DNA of 61,915 nucleotides from Minisyncoccia bacterium (GTDB lineage Bacteria; Patescibacteriota; Minisyncoccia; Phycocordibacterales; UBA918). Positions 43,618 through 53,207 of the stretch are shown here, piece by piece (within the stretch, counting starts at the first letter, position 1; each line of letters starts with the position of its first letter). The stretch spans positions 1-61,915 of the forward strand of contig JBGSJJ010000011.1 of assembly GCA_041742075.1 (NCBI GenBank), written 5' to 3'. The translations under genes were made by a program, and so were the position numbers. The notes below the pieces were generated by a model, which had not been told where the DNA came from, did no database searches, and worked only from the letters and a program-made list of their open reading frames with translations.

Positions 43618-44922
43618 TTAATAGTTTAATCTCAAACGGGAATCAGCATCATTAGCAGCGTCGTTTACATTGGTTCGGTTAGAGACAACATCCTCAACCA
43701 TAATTGAAAAAATATCGTCACTCGTAGCAGAGTTTGGATCAAGCCAGGTTCTTGAAATTATAGCTGACTCAAAAGTAATTTGTTCATATTGATTCAAGTC
43801 ACCTCGAGAGAGAGAATCTCGCCTTGCTGGGGTTAAGCCAAGAGAAGTTGATAAGACACCACCAGTTTGACTATCTGTGAGTATCTGACTCACCGCTAAT
43901 GCGCCGGCTTTATTAGTCGATGCACGAGGAATCGCGAAGCCTATCAAGTCACCATAGGTTCGTCTCACCGTCGCGTTGCTTCCTTGTGGAACTAAGGCGA
44001 CATCGAAGTTTAGATTAGGGTTTTTAGCAGCAATGTTTTTAACTTCTGAACCAAAACCAAAATACATGGCTAAATCTCCGGCAATAAAGGCACTTTGGTC
44101 GTTTGGAAGTGATCGATTCCACGAGTACAGTGGGCTGTTTGAGTTACTAAAACTGGTATAAAACTGAAGTGAGGTGGCTAGTGGGGTCGCCTGTTCGTCA
44201 ACTAAAGAACGGTTAAGTTTGACTTCATAGCGGTTTCGGTCTTCGCGCACCATGGCGCTCCCAGACTGCAACATGAGTGAAACTAAAACGGCTTTGGCAT
44301 TTTCCACATTGCGATACTCACCAAAGGCGACAGCGCTTTTTTCGATAGTTCGTCTACTATCACGCACGGTTAATGTAGGCACAATGGTCGAAACCATAGT
44401 CTCCCAGGTCTGAGGTGGTTGAATGATACCTTTGTTTGAAAAGGTGTCTCGATTCCAATACATAATCAGTGGGTCAATTGCGAGCGGGAGCATATACACC
44501 CCATCACTTAGGAGTACAATATCTGAAATATCGACATAGGTGTCTTTAAACGTTCGAACAGGTATAGTTTCGTACGGGATTGGCTGGAGCTTATTTCGAT
44601 GACGCACCAATTTATCAACACTCACAAGGAGTAAGTCTGGTGACTGACCTTCAGCGAGCGCATTTACAAAATCATCGTCAATTGTCCGTTCGTCTTTCTT
44701 TACGTAATCAATCACCCCTAAGGCTGGATTGGTGTCGAGCAGTTCTGTTACCACCTTATCAAACACCACATCATCATAAATACCCCAAATAACCACTTTG
44801 TCACCGTAAGCCTGTTCAGCTTTATCATTGGAAGATTCATACCCATTAAGGAGGATAATCGCCAACACTGCCAAAAAGCCGAAGATGGAGAGGAGAACGA
44901 CTTGAAAGGGTCTAATATTCAT
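43618..44922 (-). CDS. membrane-anchored extracellular protein, possibly solute-binding-protein-like
   Basis: N-terminal anchor and a roughly 400-aa periplasmic-type domain. The assignment rests only on size and general pattern. Confidence 0.4.
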   Translation of the reverse strand: MNIRPFQVVLLSIFGFLAVLAIILLNGYESSNDKAEQAYGDKVVIWGIYDDVVFDKVVTELLDTNPALGVIDYVKKDERTIDDDFVNALAEGQSPDLLLVSVDKLVRHRNKLQPIPYETIPVRTFKDTYVDISDIVLLSDGVYMLPLAIDPLIMYWNRDTFSNKGIIQPPQTWETMVSTIVPTLTVRDSRRTIEKSAVAFGEYRNVENAKAVLVSLMLQSGSAMVREDRNRYEVKLNRSLVDEQATPLATSLQFYTSFSNSNSPLYSWNRSLPNDQSAFIAGDLAMYFGFGSEVKNIAAKNPNLNFDVALVPQGSNATVRRTYGDLIGFAIPRASTNKAGALAVSQILTDSQTGGVLSTSLGLTPARRDSLSRGDLNQYEQITFESAIISRTWLDPNSATSDDIFSIMVEDVVSNRTNVNDAANDADSRLRLNY

Positions 44923-44927
44923 ATCTA

Positions 44928-45479
44928 TTACTTGCGGAATGCCATACCATAGTGGTGGTCACCAGAGTCAAAAGTACGTTCAAACACAAAGCCGGTGGAT
45001 TCAACATAGGCTCGAGCGTCACGTTCAGTCACTATCTGTTCAAACTGTGGGCCAAGTCCCCCAAACGAATCAGTCCAGTCGATAAGGAAAAACTTCCCAC
45101 CAACTCGGAGCGTTCGGTAGACTTCTCGTAGTGCTGTACCTTTGTCGTCAAACTGAAACAGTGTGTTCACCATCACTCCCGCGTCTAGTGACCCGTCAGG
45201 AATCGGGAGTCCGCCCTCTGCTTCAATATCGCACCACTTGGGATCAATATTTAAAAGACCTTTCCGTCTGGCTGAATCGCCAATTTTTTCAACTAATTCT
45301 TTTTGAATTTCACACGCCACCACTCGCCCACTAGGACCAACAACGCGAGCAAGTATTTCGGAAAAAAAACCAGCGCCAGCACCGAAGTCTGCCACCACAT
45401 CACCCTCACGCAAGTGAAAATGCGACGCCACTACCGCTGGTTCTACAAAACGTCCTTGCATTTGAAGTGCGTTGCTCAT
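44928..45479 (-). CDS. class I SAM-dependent methyltransferase
   Basis: VVADFGAGAGFFSEIL motif I. The start was set at MSNALQMQ; the ORF track extends to 45572. Confidence 0.8.
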   Translation of the reverse strand: MSNALQMQGRFVEPAVVASHFHLREGDVVADFGAGAGFFSEILARVVGPSGRVVACEIQKELVEKIGDSARRKGLLNIDPKWCDIEAEGGLPIPDGSLDAGVMVNTLFQFDDKGTALREVYRTLRVGGKFFLIDWTDSFGGLGPQFEQIVTERDARAYVESTGFVFERTFDSGDHHYGMAFRK

Positions 45480-45643
45480 TTCTTTAAGTATACCTTGTCT
45501 GTTCGTAAAAAAACTGCACCGGGTGTGTAAAGAGCTTTGCTTATATAGTTTGCCCGACACGGATAGTGCCAAGCTCCCGCAGGACGCAAACGCGGTTCCT
45601 CCCTAGGCATATTTTCCTAAGCAAGACGCCAAGCGCCATTTCT

Positions 45644-45731
45644 TCTTACAGAAGCTGTATACCTTGTCAGTATTTTTCATTCTTCAAAATACTAGGCAAG
45701 GTCTTGCGAAGTGACATTGAATCACTTCTCA
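45644..45731 (+). repeat. type 2 module, orphan copy with no tRNA nearby
   Basis: TCTTACAGAAGCTGTAT, P2 ACCTTGTCAGTATT...AATACTAGGCAAGGT, CTTGCGA, hairpin AGTGA-cattgaa-TCACT, TCTCA, then CCCTGGTGGG. Confidence 0.75.
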
Positions 45732-45955
45732 CCCTGGTGGGTTGTGTAAATCACAGAGCGAAGCGACGCGCTGTGCGTATGAAAATCATAGTCACTTTGT
45801 TCCTTGATTTACACAATGATTTTCATACATAGAAAATTCTATTCCTAATGGATTTTCTATGCAGCTATTTATTATTTCCCTTTGTCCAGCGATTTTCTCT
45901 GGGGAGAAAAAATCGGGACATAAGTTCGCAATAGTCGCTACGCTCCTTTGCTTAC

Positions 45956-48427
45956 TTAAAAGAAGACAATCGAGGCAATTGAGTCCCCTGGTCGCATCTT
46001 CATCACCTTAACCCCTTGCGTGTCTCTACCAAGCGATGGTACGTCAGTAAGCGAAAGTTTAATTACCTGCCCCTTCTTACTCATGACGACGAGTTCTCCT
46101 TCTGCTTTATCTTCTTTGGTAACCACGGCTACTCCCACCACCTTACCAGTTTTGCTCGTCACCTTGGCGGTTTTAATACCAGAACCACCACGATTTTGGG
46201 TCTTATATTCTGAGGCTGGCGTTGTCTTACCAAAACCATTTTCCATCACCACGAGAATTTCACGACCAGAGTCACCTGGTGTAAGAATATCGGCTGACAC
46301 AATATGGTCACCCTTCTTAATCTTCATACCCGTTACCCCAGCAGCCGTACGGCCCATTTCACGAACATCATCTGAGCTAAATCTGATTGCCTGACCGTTG
46401 TAGGTAACGAGTGAAATTTCGTCTTTTTTACCGACAAAGCGAGCAGCTATCAAAGCATCGTTATCTTTAAGGGTAATTGCGATTAAGCCACTCCGACGGA
46501 CATCTTTAAATGCTCCAGCATCAGATTTTTTAACGACACCATTTTTGGTTACCATTAACAGGCTCCACTGCCCTACCCAGTCTTCTTTGCGAACGGCCAA
46601 AACCGAAGTGACTCGTTCTTCTCCAGTGAGAGAGAGGAAATTCATAATTGACTTTCCTTTGGTCGCTCGCCTCCCTTCAGGAATTTCATACATTTTGCAC
46701 TGATACACCTTACCTTTGTCAGTAAAGAAGAGAAGATCACTATGGGCTGAGGTGGTAAGAAGGGTTGTTACCACGTCCTCCTCCTTGGTATTTAAGTCAA
46801 CCACGCCAACTCCACCACGTTTCTGGGTTTTGTACTCAGCTGGGTTCGTCCGCTTGACGTATCCTCCGGCCGTTAAAACGAGCACGCTCTCTTCGTCAGC
46901 AATCAAGTCTTCAGCTGACATGTTTTTCACTCCGCCTTTGACAATCTTAGTCCGCCGATCGTCACCAAAACGCTCTGCTGCCTCAGCGAGTTCTTTTTTC
47001 ACAATTGACATCATTTTCTTCGCACTGCTCAGAATTGCTTCAAGCTCCTTGATGAGCGCTTGTACTTCTTTGAGTTCGTCCTCAATCTTCTTGCGTTCAA
47101 GGCCAGCGAGTTTCTGGAGACGCATATCAAGAATTGCCTGCGCTTGGATGGCGGAGAATTTAAATTCTTTCATTAAGGCAGCGTGAGCGGTTGGCACATC
47201 TTTAGCCGCCCTGATGAGCTTGATTATCTTATCGATATGATCAAGGGCTTTCTTGAGACCAAGCAAAATATGTTCACGGTCTTTTGCTTTCGTGAGGTCG
47301 TACTGTGTTCGACGCTTCACTACCTCAGCTCGATGCTTAATGTACTCTTCTAAAATCGCCTTAAGCGAAAGAGTTTGTGGTACACCATTTACCAGGGCCA
47401 CCATGTTGTAGTGGAAGGTATCTTCGAGCTGGGTATGCTTGTAGAGTTTATTTAAAACGGTTTGTGGGTTAGCACCACTTTTTAGTTCGATTACTACGCG
47501 AATGTCCGAAGTCGATTCGTCACGCATTTCACGAATACCTTCAATCTTTTTTTCACGAACCAAGTTGGCAATTTTCTCTTGCATGTCAGCCTTGTTCACG
47601 CGGAACGGAATAGAGGTAATCACGATAGCGTAGTTACCTTTCTTGTCTTCAATAATCTCCGCTTCACCGCGCACCACAACCCCTCCCCGGCCGTTGGCGT
47701 AGGCGTGGGCAATTGCTTTACGGTCAAACGCCACACCGCCCATCGGGAAGTCTGGCCCTTTTACAAAATTAAGGAGATCATCAGTTGTCGCTTTTGGATT
47801 GTCAATCAAATGCGCAATCGCGTCCGCGAGCTCACGCAAATTGTGCGGAGGGATATTGGTCGCCATCCCGACCGCAATTCCGAGCGTACCCATGAGAAGT
47901 AAGTTAGGGAGTCCCGCTGGCAGTACTTCTGGTTCTTTCTTTGTACCATCGAAGTTAGGTCGCCAATTGACCGTATCTTTCTCGAGGTCACGGAGCATTT
48001 CTTCGGCAATCTTCGACATCTTGGCTTCGGTGTATCGATACGCCGCCGCTGAGTCACCATCGATAGAACCAAAGTTACCTTGTCCAAGAATAAGCGGGTA
48101 GCGGGTCGAAAACTGCTGAGCAAGCTTTACCATTGACTCATACACCGCCGCGTCGCCGTGGGGGTGAAAACTTCCGAGCACATCTCCCACTACCGTTGCT
48201 GACTTTTTAAACTTTGCACTTGAGGTAAGTCCATTGAGACGCATTGAGTAGAGAATTCTTCGGTGCACCGGCTTTAAGCCATCGCGAACGTCAGGCAAGG
48301 CGCGCGAAGTAATCACGCTCATAGCGTAATCAAGATAGGCCGTCTCCATTTCAGAGGTAATACTCTGAGGCACGATGCGATTCCCTTCGTGTGGTGCAGC
48401 TTCCGGAATGATAGTCTTTTTCGGCAT
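45956..48427 (-). CDS. gyrA: DNA gyrase subunit A
   Basis: [12 protein letters not shown], active-site region [13 protein letters not shown]-terminal beta-pinwheel repeats. Confidence 0.96.
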   Translation of the reverse strand: MPKKTIIPEAAPHEGNRIVPQSITSEMETAYLDYAMSVITSRALPDVRDGLKPVHRRILYSMRLNGLTSSAKFKKSATVVGDVLGSFHPHGDAAVYESMVKLAQQFSTRYPLILGQGNFGSIDGDSAAAYRYTEAKMSKIAEEMLRDLEKDTVNWRPNFDGTKKEPEVLPAGLPNLLLMGTLGIAVGMATNIPPHNLRELADAIAHLIDNPKATTDDLLNFVKGPDFPMGGVAFDRKAIAHAYANGRGGVVVRGEAEIIEDKKGNYAIVITSIPFRVNKADMQEKIANLVREKKIEGIREMRDESTSDIRVVIELKSGANPQTVLNKLYKHTQLEDTFHYNMVALVNGVPQTLSLKAILEEYIKHRAEVVKRRTQYDLTKAKDREHILLGLKKALDHIDKIIKLIRAAKDVPTAHAALMKEFKFSAIQAQAILDMRLQKLAGLERKKIEDELKEVQALIKELEAILSSAKKMMSIVKKELAEAAERFGDDRRTKIVKGGVKNMSAEDLIADEESVLVLTAGGYVKRTNPAEYKTQKRGGVGVVDLNTKEEDVVTTLLTTSAHSDLLFFTDKGKVYQCKMYEIPEGRRATKGKSIMNFLSLTGEERVTSVLAVRKEDWVGQWSLLMVTKNGVVKKSDAGAFKDVRRSGLIAITLKDNDALIAARFVGKKDEISLVTYNGQAIRFSSDDVREMGRTAAGVTGMKIKKGDHIVSADILTPGDSGREILVVMENGFGKTTPASEYKTQNRGGSGIKTAKVTSKTGKVVGVAVVTKEDKAEGELVVMSKKGQVIKLSLTDVPSLGRDTQGVKVMKMRPGDSIASIVFF

Positions 48428-48541
48428 ACGATTGCTTGGCTCTAACGATTAATAGTGGCGCTAGTATAGCATAAAACACTCTCTTAGTTCACCTAGCGTG
48501 CCCTAGTAAGGTAGTTTAAAGAGGTAGCGTGGTGGACGTTT

Positions 48542-49057
48542 TTACTGAGTACTGGTGGCTTTGGAGCTGGTTCCAATCAAGACCACTCTCGGTACAAACG
48601 GCGGAGTAACTGTTGCAGTAGCGCTGGCGCTTGTTTCGGTACTTGAAGACATCTCTTGTATTTCATACCCATCTTCATAATACTCTTCATAGTACTCTTC
48701 TTCGTAAGGCTCTGGTTCTGTTTCAATCATAGAACTAAAATCAAGTGTATTTGCGTCAGTTGTGGTCGCCACCACTTCAGTTGTCGTGGCAGTTTCTTCT
48801 GTTTTAGGTAGTTCTTCTGCTATATCAGACACTGTCGCTGTTAGATTTTCGCGCACATTTCTAATCACTCGAGCGAAGTTTCCTTCAGGCTCAGTCAGGT
48901 CAGTGACAGCTCCTTCTGAAATACGACTAACTTTACCTGGAATAAATGCCAACCAGCACACAGCGAGCACCGCGGTCACACCAAAGGCGTACCAAAAAGC
49001 GTAGTTCACTCGAACTGACTTTGGTCGCGCGCGCATTTTTTCGTGATACTTATGCAT
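48542..49057 (-). CDS. membrane-anchored acidic/Thr-rich hypothetical protein
   Basis: One TM helix and low-complexity EEYYEEYYEDGYE. Confidence 0.5.
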   Translation of the reverse strand: MHKYHEKMRARPKSVRVNYAFWYAFGVTAVLAVCWLAFIPGKVSRISEGAVTDLTEPEGNFARVIRNVRENLTATVSDIAEELPKTEETATTTEVVATTTDANTLDFSSMIETEPEPYEEEYYEEYYEDGYEIQEMSSSTETSASATATVTPPFVPRVVLIGTSSKATSTQ

Positions 49058-49102
49058 ACCTCATTTGACCAAGAGCCGGCTTGTCTCGGCGGATCTTTTT
49101 AC

Positions 49103-49723
49103 TTAGACAGACAGAACCGCCACTTCACCCTCCATCACACTGACGTCTTTTTTCTTAAGGGTGAGCTTATCAACCGGCTTTACGTCTTCTACCCCCTCTT
49201 CTTTCAAGAACGCTTTAAGGGCAGTTGCATCATAGTGCATCGGGATCACCAGCTTCGCTTCGAGCTTCACTGCCAACTTAGAAGCTTGCGGTACCTCAAG
49301 CACGTCACCACCCCCAATTGGCACAAACAGAATATCTATGTCACCCAGTTCACCAAGAATCTTAGGATCAATCTCTGGAGTACTCACGGCTCCGAGAAAG
49401 ATAATATTCATATCCTCTAGGCGCACTTGGTAAATAGTATTGAAGTGGGTTTTTTTATCGTAGATAGTTTCTACCCCAAAGCCTCGCACCGTCACGGTGC
49501 CGATTTCGTATTCACCAGGACCGGAGACCACAAATGGTTCTTTACTACCAAGCGCCACCTGCTCAGCCCCATTGAAGTCGGGATGGTTCATGGTAATAAA
49601 GGCAACATCTGAACCAAACTTCACAACTGGTAATTTTGATTGTTTTGAAATGGGATTAAAAGCCAGCGTAACGTCACCAAACGTGATTTTGAAACACTGC
49701 CCCCCGTGATGCGTAATAACCAT
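49103..49723 (-). CDS. metallo-beta-lactamase-fold hydrolase (UPF0173-like)
   Basis: MVITHHGGQCFKITFGDVTLAFNPIS start and about 200 aa, typical of the family. Confidence 0.7.
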   Translation of the reverse strand: MVITHHGGQCFKITFGDVTLAFNPISKQSKLPVVKFGSDVAFITMNHPDFNGAEQVALGSKEPFVVSGPGEYEIGTVTVRGFGVETIYDKKTHFNTIYQVRLEDMNIIFLGAVSTPEIDPKILGELGDIDILFVPIGGGDVLEVPQASKLAVKLEAKLVIPMHYDATALKAFLKEEGVEDVKPVDKLTLKKKDVSVMEGEVAVLSV

Positions 49724-49801
49724 AGTAATGAGAGTATAGCAGACTTAAGAAGTAGCGAGAAACCGGCCAGTCCTATGTCTGACTTCTTAGTCTGGGACAC
49801 T

Positions 49802-49829
49802 TTGACTTTTACCTTGTTTTTGGTATAGT
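49802..49829 (+). promoter_or_regulatory. sigma70-like promoter (TTGACT, 16-nt spacer, TATAGT) upstream of rpsA, giving a leader of about 120 nt
   Basis: TTGACT 49802-49807, TATAGT 49824-49829. Confidence 0.5.
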
Positions 49830-49953
49830 TCCCCCACCTATAAAGGTATTAATAGCTTCCTAGCGGCACACGTTAACCCCGGACTCAAGCACATGGCTAT
49901 GAGAGATGGTTGTCCGGACGCGTGTCGTCGGAAATAAACATATATAGAGAAGT

Positions 49954-51060
49954 ATGTCAGAGACAGAAACAGTTGCTACCGCAACTGAGCAAAAAGGCGT
50001 GATGGGTGGATTCCTCGCGGAAACCCCTGCGTCGCCAAAGGAGGGTGATTTAGTAGAAGGTGTTGTAAGTGCAATCGGTCGCGCTCGCGTGTATGTAGAC
50101 CTCCACCCATTTGGATCAGGTCTTATCTTCGGACGTGAGTACATGAACGCTCGCGATATTCTTCGCAAAGTATACGTCGGCGACACTATCGCTGCCAAAA
50201 TCGTTGACACGAAGAACGAAGACGGGTACTTCGAGCTCTCACTTAAAGAAGCTCGCCAAGCCCTCATCTGGGCTGATGCAGAATCAGCCGTGAAGAAGCA
50301 AAGTGTGCTTTCACTCGTGGTTAAAGAAGCCAACAAAGGTGGTCTTATCATTGAGTGGCAAGGCATCCAAGGCTTCCTCCCAGCTTCACAGCTTTCAGCC
50401 GAAAACTACCCACGAGTTGCCGACGGTGACAAGGACAAGATTCTGGTTGAACTCAACAACTTAGTGGGCAAGCACCTCAGTGTGGTCATCATCACTGCTG
50501 ACCCGAAAGAAGGTAAGCTTATCTTCTCTGAAAAGGGACCACAAGAAAAAGAGGATAAGGAAGAGAAAGTAAGTCGCTACGAAGTTGGAAATGTACTCCA
50601 AGGCGAAGTGACCGGCGCAGTAGACTTCGGTGTCTTTGTGAAGATTGAAGACGGCCTTGAAGGACTCGTACACATTTCTGAACTTGACTGGGGTCTCGTG
50701 GAAGACACTCGTGCCCTCTTCAAGGTAGGAGATAAGGTAAAGGTAAAAGTAATTGAAGTGAAAGACGACAAGATTTCTCTTTCTATCAAGCAACTCCGTG
50801 AAAACCCATGGACAACGGCGTCAAGTAAGTACAAGAAGGATGACGTCGTAAACGCAGTAGTGATTAAGTACAACAAACACGGTGCTCTCGCTTCTATCGA
50901 GGAAGGTGTGGCTGGTTTGGTACACATCTCTGAGTTTGCGAGTGAAGAAGAACTGAAGAACACCCTACCACTTGGTAGTGTGCACAAGTTTAAGATTTCT
51001 CTCTTTGAACCAAAAGATCAACGCATGACGCTCCTCTTTAAGGATGCTCAAGTAGCGTAA
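49954..51060 (+). CDS. rpsA: 30S ribosomal protein S1 (four S1 domains)
   Basis: Repeated G-x-V...GVFV...GL.H.SE patterns (GEVTGAVDFGVFVKIEDGLEGLVHISEL and others). Confidence 0.9.
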   Translation: MSETETVATATEQKGVMGGFLAETPASPKEGDLVEGVVSAIGRARVYVDLHPFGSGLIFGREYMNARDILRKVYVGDTIAAKIVDTKNEDGYFELSLKEARQALIWADAESAVKKQSVLSLVVKEANKGGLIIEWQGIQGFLPASQLSAENYPRVADGDKDKILVELNNLVGKHLSVVIITADPKEGKLIFSEKGPQEKEDKEEKVSRYEVGNVLQGEVTGAVDFGVFVKIEDGLEGLVHISELDWGLVEDTRALFKVGDKVKVKVIEVKDDKISLSIKQLRENPWTTASSKYKKDDVVNAVVIKYNKHGALASIEEGVAGLVHISEFASEEELKNTLPLGSVHKFKISLFEPKDQRMTLLFKDAQVA

Positions 51061-51242
51061 AGCTCGGTAAAAATCGCAATCTACTTCGTTGGACTACGAA
51101 AAAGGACCCTCACTGGACACATTCGTCCCGTTCGGGTCTTTTTTCTTATCCTCCTCGTATATCATCGATTTTTAACAAGCTTTAATGATAATGATAGATT
51201 TTATGAAATCGGTGGTGTTTTAGTATGCAGACAGGAGTTTTA

Positions 51243-51271
51243 TTGACTTTTTGCTTTAAATATGTTATTAT
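51243..51271 (+). promoter_or_regulatory. consensus-like sigma70 promoter (TTGACT, 17-nt spacer, TATTAT)
   Basis: TTGACT 51243-51248, TATTAT 51266-51271. Confidence 0.6.
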
Positions 51272-51299
51272 ACTTGTGAGTGTTCTCAAGGAGAAAGTC

Positions 51300-51464
51300 G
51301 TGAATAAAATCATCGCCTTCATCATCGTCGCCGTAATCGCCGTCGTGCTGTGTGCCTTATCCCTCATCGGTCTGCCGGTCTGGCTCGTCGTCATCGTCGG
51401 TGCCGTCTTATCCATCATCGGACTCGTTGTCTTCGACGTCCTTACCAGCAACCCGCACCGCTAA
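51300..51464 (+). CDS. small two-TM membrane protein (54 aa, GTG start), visibly GC-richer
   Basis: AGGAGA lies 5 nt before the GTG. VNKIIAFIIVAVIAVVLCALSLIGLPVWLVVIVGAVLSIIGLVVF. Confidence 0.5.
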   Translation: MNKIIAFIIVAVIAVVLCALSLIGLPVWLVVIVGAVLSIIGLVVFDVLTSNPHR

Positions 51465-51476
51465 GGAGACCCAAGC

Positions 51477-51803
51477 ATGAAACACCCTCACCCGGGTTCC
51501 GCGCTTCTCTACAAGATGATCCTGCTTGCCGCAGTCGGAATGATTCTCATCGGCATCTTTGGCGAAGTTGCATTGCTAGAATGGCCGCTCGTTGCCGCAG
51601 GAAGCTGTCTTATCGCCACCTGTGCCTGGGCCATCGGCGACCACCGCTACAAGTTGCAGAGTCACCGACTCTCACTTGTTAACCTAGAATTAAACGAACA
51701 GCTTCGCCGAGAAGGATACTTACCGTTTAATATATTCAAAAAAATGGACACTATGGATACGGAAGAAGAGGATGAATACAGCAGACTCCTGATTAAACGA
51801 TGA
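51477..51803 (+). CDS. small membrane protein (108 aa), visibly GC-richer
   Basis: AAGGAGA lies upstream. Two TM helices and an acidic tail. Confidence 0.5.
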   Translation: MKHPHPGSALLYKMILLAAVGMILIGIFGEVALLEWPLVAAGSCLIATCAWAIGDHRYKLQSHRLSLVNLELNEQLRREGYLPFNIFKKMDTMDTEEEDEYSRLLIKR

Positions 51804-51818
51804 GGGCTCATTTAAACC

Positions 51819-52409
51819 TCAATTAAACCGGTTCATCGCCACCTCCCGCCCTTCCGCGAGAAGTACACCAAGAACCAGAACCACCTCAGACGCCACAGCC
51901 TCAAGCTCGTGGCGTTCTTTTTTTGTAAACGGGGCGAGGACAAAGTTGCCGAGACGGTCACCACTCGGGCGACGCACGTCACCTTTTTCCCACGGCCACT
52001 GCGTGGTCTGAGCCACACCAATACGTACACGCACAAAATCTTTGGTACCCAGACTCGCAATGATGGACTTAATCCCATTGTGTCCTCCATCTCCCCTGCC
52101 GAACGAGACTTTCACTTCACCAAGCAGTATATCTACGTCGTCATAGAGCACTACTAACTGGTCTGCCTCACTTTTTGGAACTAGCTTTGTAACGGCGCTC
52201 CCCGAGTGATTCATAAAGGTATCAGGATACAGACACATGACTTCGACTCCACCGACTACTCCCGTACTCAGGCGCCCGCTATATTCAGCTGACGTATGTG
52301 GCGAGGGCAACCCTTCTCTTGTAATAAACGCATCGAGCATCAACCACCCGACGTTGTGTCGTGTATCGGCGTATTTGTCTCCCGGATTTCCGAGTCCAAC
52401 GATGTACAT
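51819..52409 (-). CDS. pth: peptidyl-tRNA hydrolase
   Basis: IVGLGNPGDKYADTRHNVGW, GHNGIKS. Confidence 0.92.
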   Translation of the reverse strand: MYIVGLGNPGDKYADTRHNVGWLMLDAFITREGLPSPHTSAEYSGRLSTGVVGGVEVMCLYPDTFMNHSGSAVTKLVPKSEADQLVVLYDDVDILLGEVKVSFGRGDGGHNGIKSIIASLGTKDFVRVRIGVAQTTQWPWEKGDVRRPSGDRLGNFVLAPFTKKERHELEAVASEVVLVLGVLLAEGREVAMNRFN

Positions 52410-52551
52410 CATAAATGTATTGTACACGATGAGTTGTCACTCGCACCTCTAAAACTTTGTTTCCTTTGCCCTAAAGGAACGAAAAATCAGTAAGTTTGTT
52501 TTTATATGGAACTTCACTTATACTAGTGAATATTATTTGCTCCCTCTGCAT

Positions 52552-53196
52552 ATGTCTATCACTGAATTAGAAGAAAATGACGCGCCACACGCACCAGAAA
52601 CAAACGTGAAAGCACGGTCTCTTCACCCCATTCTTGAGATTATTCAGTTTGCGCTTATTGCACTCGTGATTGTGATTCCAATCCGAATGTTTATTGCCCA
52701 ACCATTTATCGTGTCCGGCGCCTCTATGGAAGACACCTTCCACACTGGCGAATACCTGATTGTCGATCAAGTCACGTACAAGTTCAATGAGCCAACTCGA
52801 GGCGATGTGATTGTTTTTCGTTACCCACGTGACCCATCTAAATACTTTATCAAGCGTGTTATTGGTACCCCAGGAGACACTGTGGCTATCGACGGCAACA
52901 TAGTGACTATTTTCAACGAAACGTACCCAGATGGTCTCGTACTCGATGAAAGCTATATCAAGTCCATGGAGCCAAATACTGAGCTCAAAGAGACGCTCGG
53001 CGACCGGGAGTACTTTGTGATGGGTGACAATCGTGACCAAAGCTCTGACTCCAGGGTTTGGGGTGTACTCCAGGAAGAAAACATCATTGGCCGTGCTTTG
53101 GTACGACTCTTCCCGGTAAATGAAGCTGGAGTATTCCCTGGGTTTGTTCGGTTCACTGAGACAGGCGAAGCACGGGCGGGCATTATTACTGAGTAA
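52552..53196 (+). CDS. lepB: signal peptidase I
   Basis: SGASMEDTF (catalytic Ser), KRVIG (Lys box), GDNRDQSSDSR. Confidence 0.92.
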   Translation: MSITELEENDAPHAPETNVKARSLHPILEIIQFALIALVIVIPIRMFIAQPFIVSGASMEDTFHTGEYLIVDQVTYKFNEPTRGDVIVFRYPRDPSKYFIKRVIGTPGDTVAIDGNIVTIFNETYPDGLVLDESYIKSMEPNTELKETLGDREYFVMGDNRDQSSDSRVWGVLQEENIIGRALVRLFPVNEAGVFPGFVRFTETGEARAGIITE

Positions 53197-53207
53197 CCTC
53201 TATTTGT

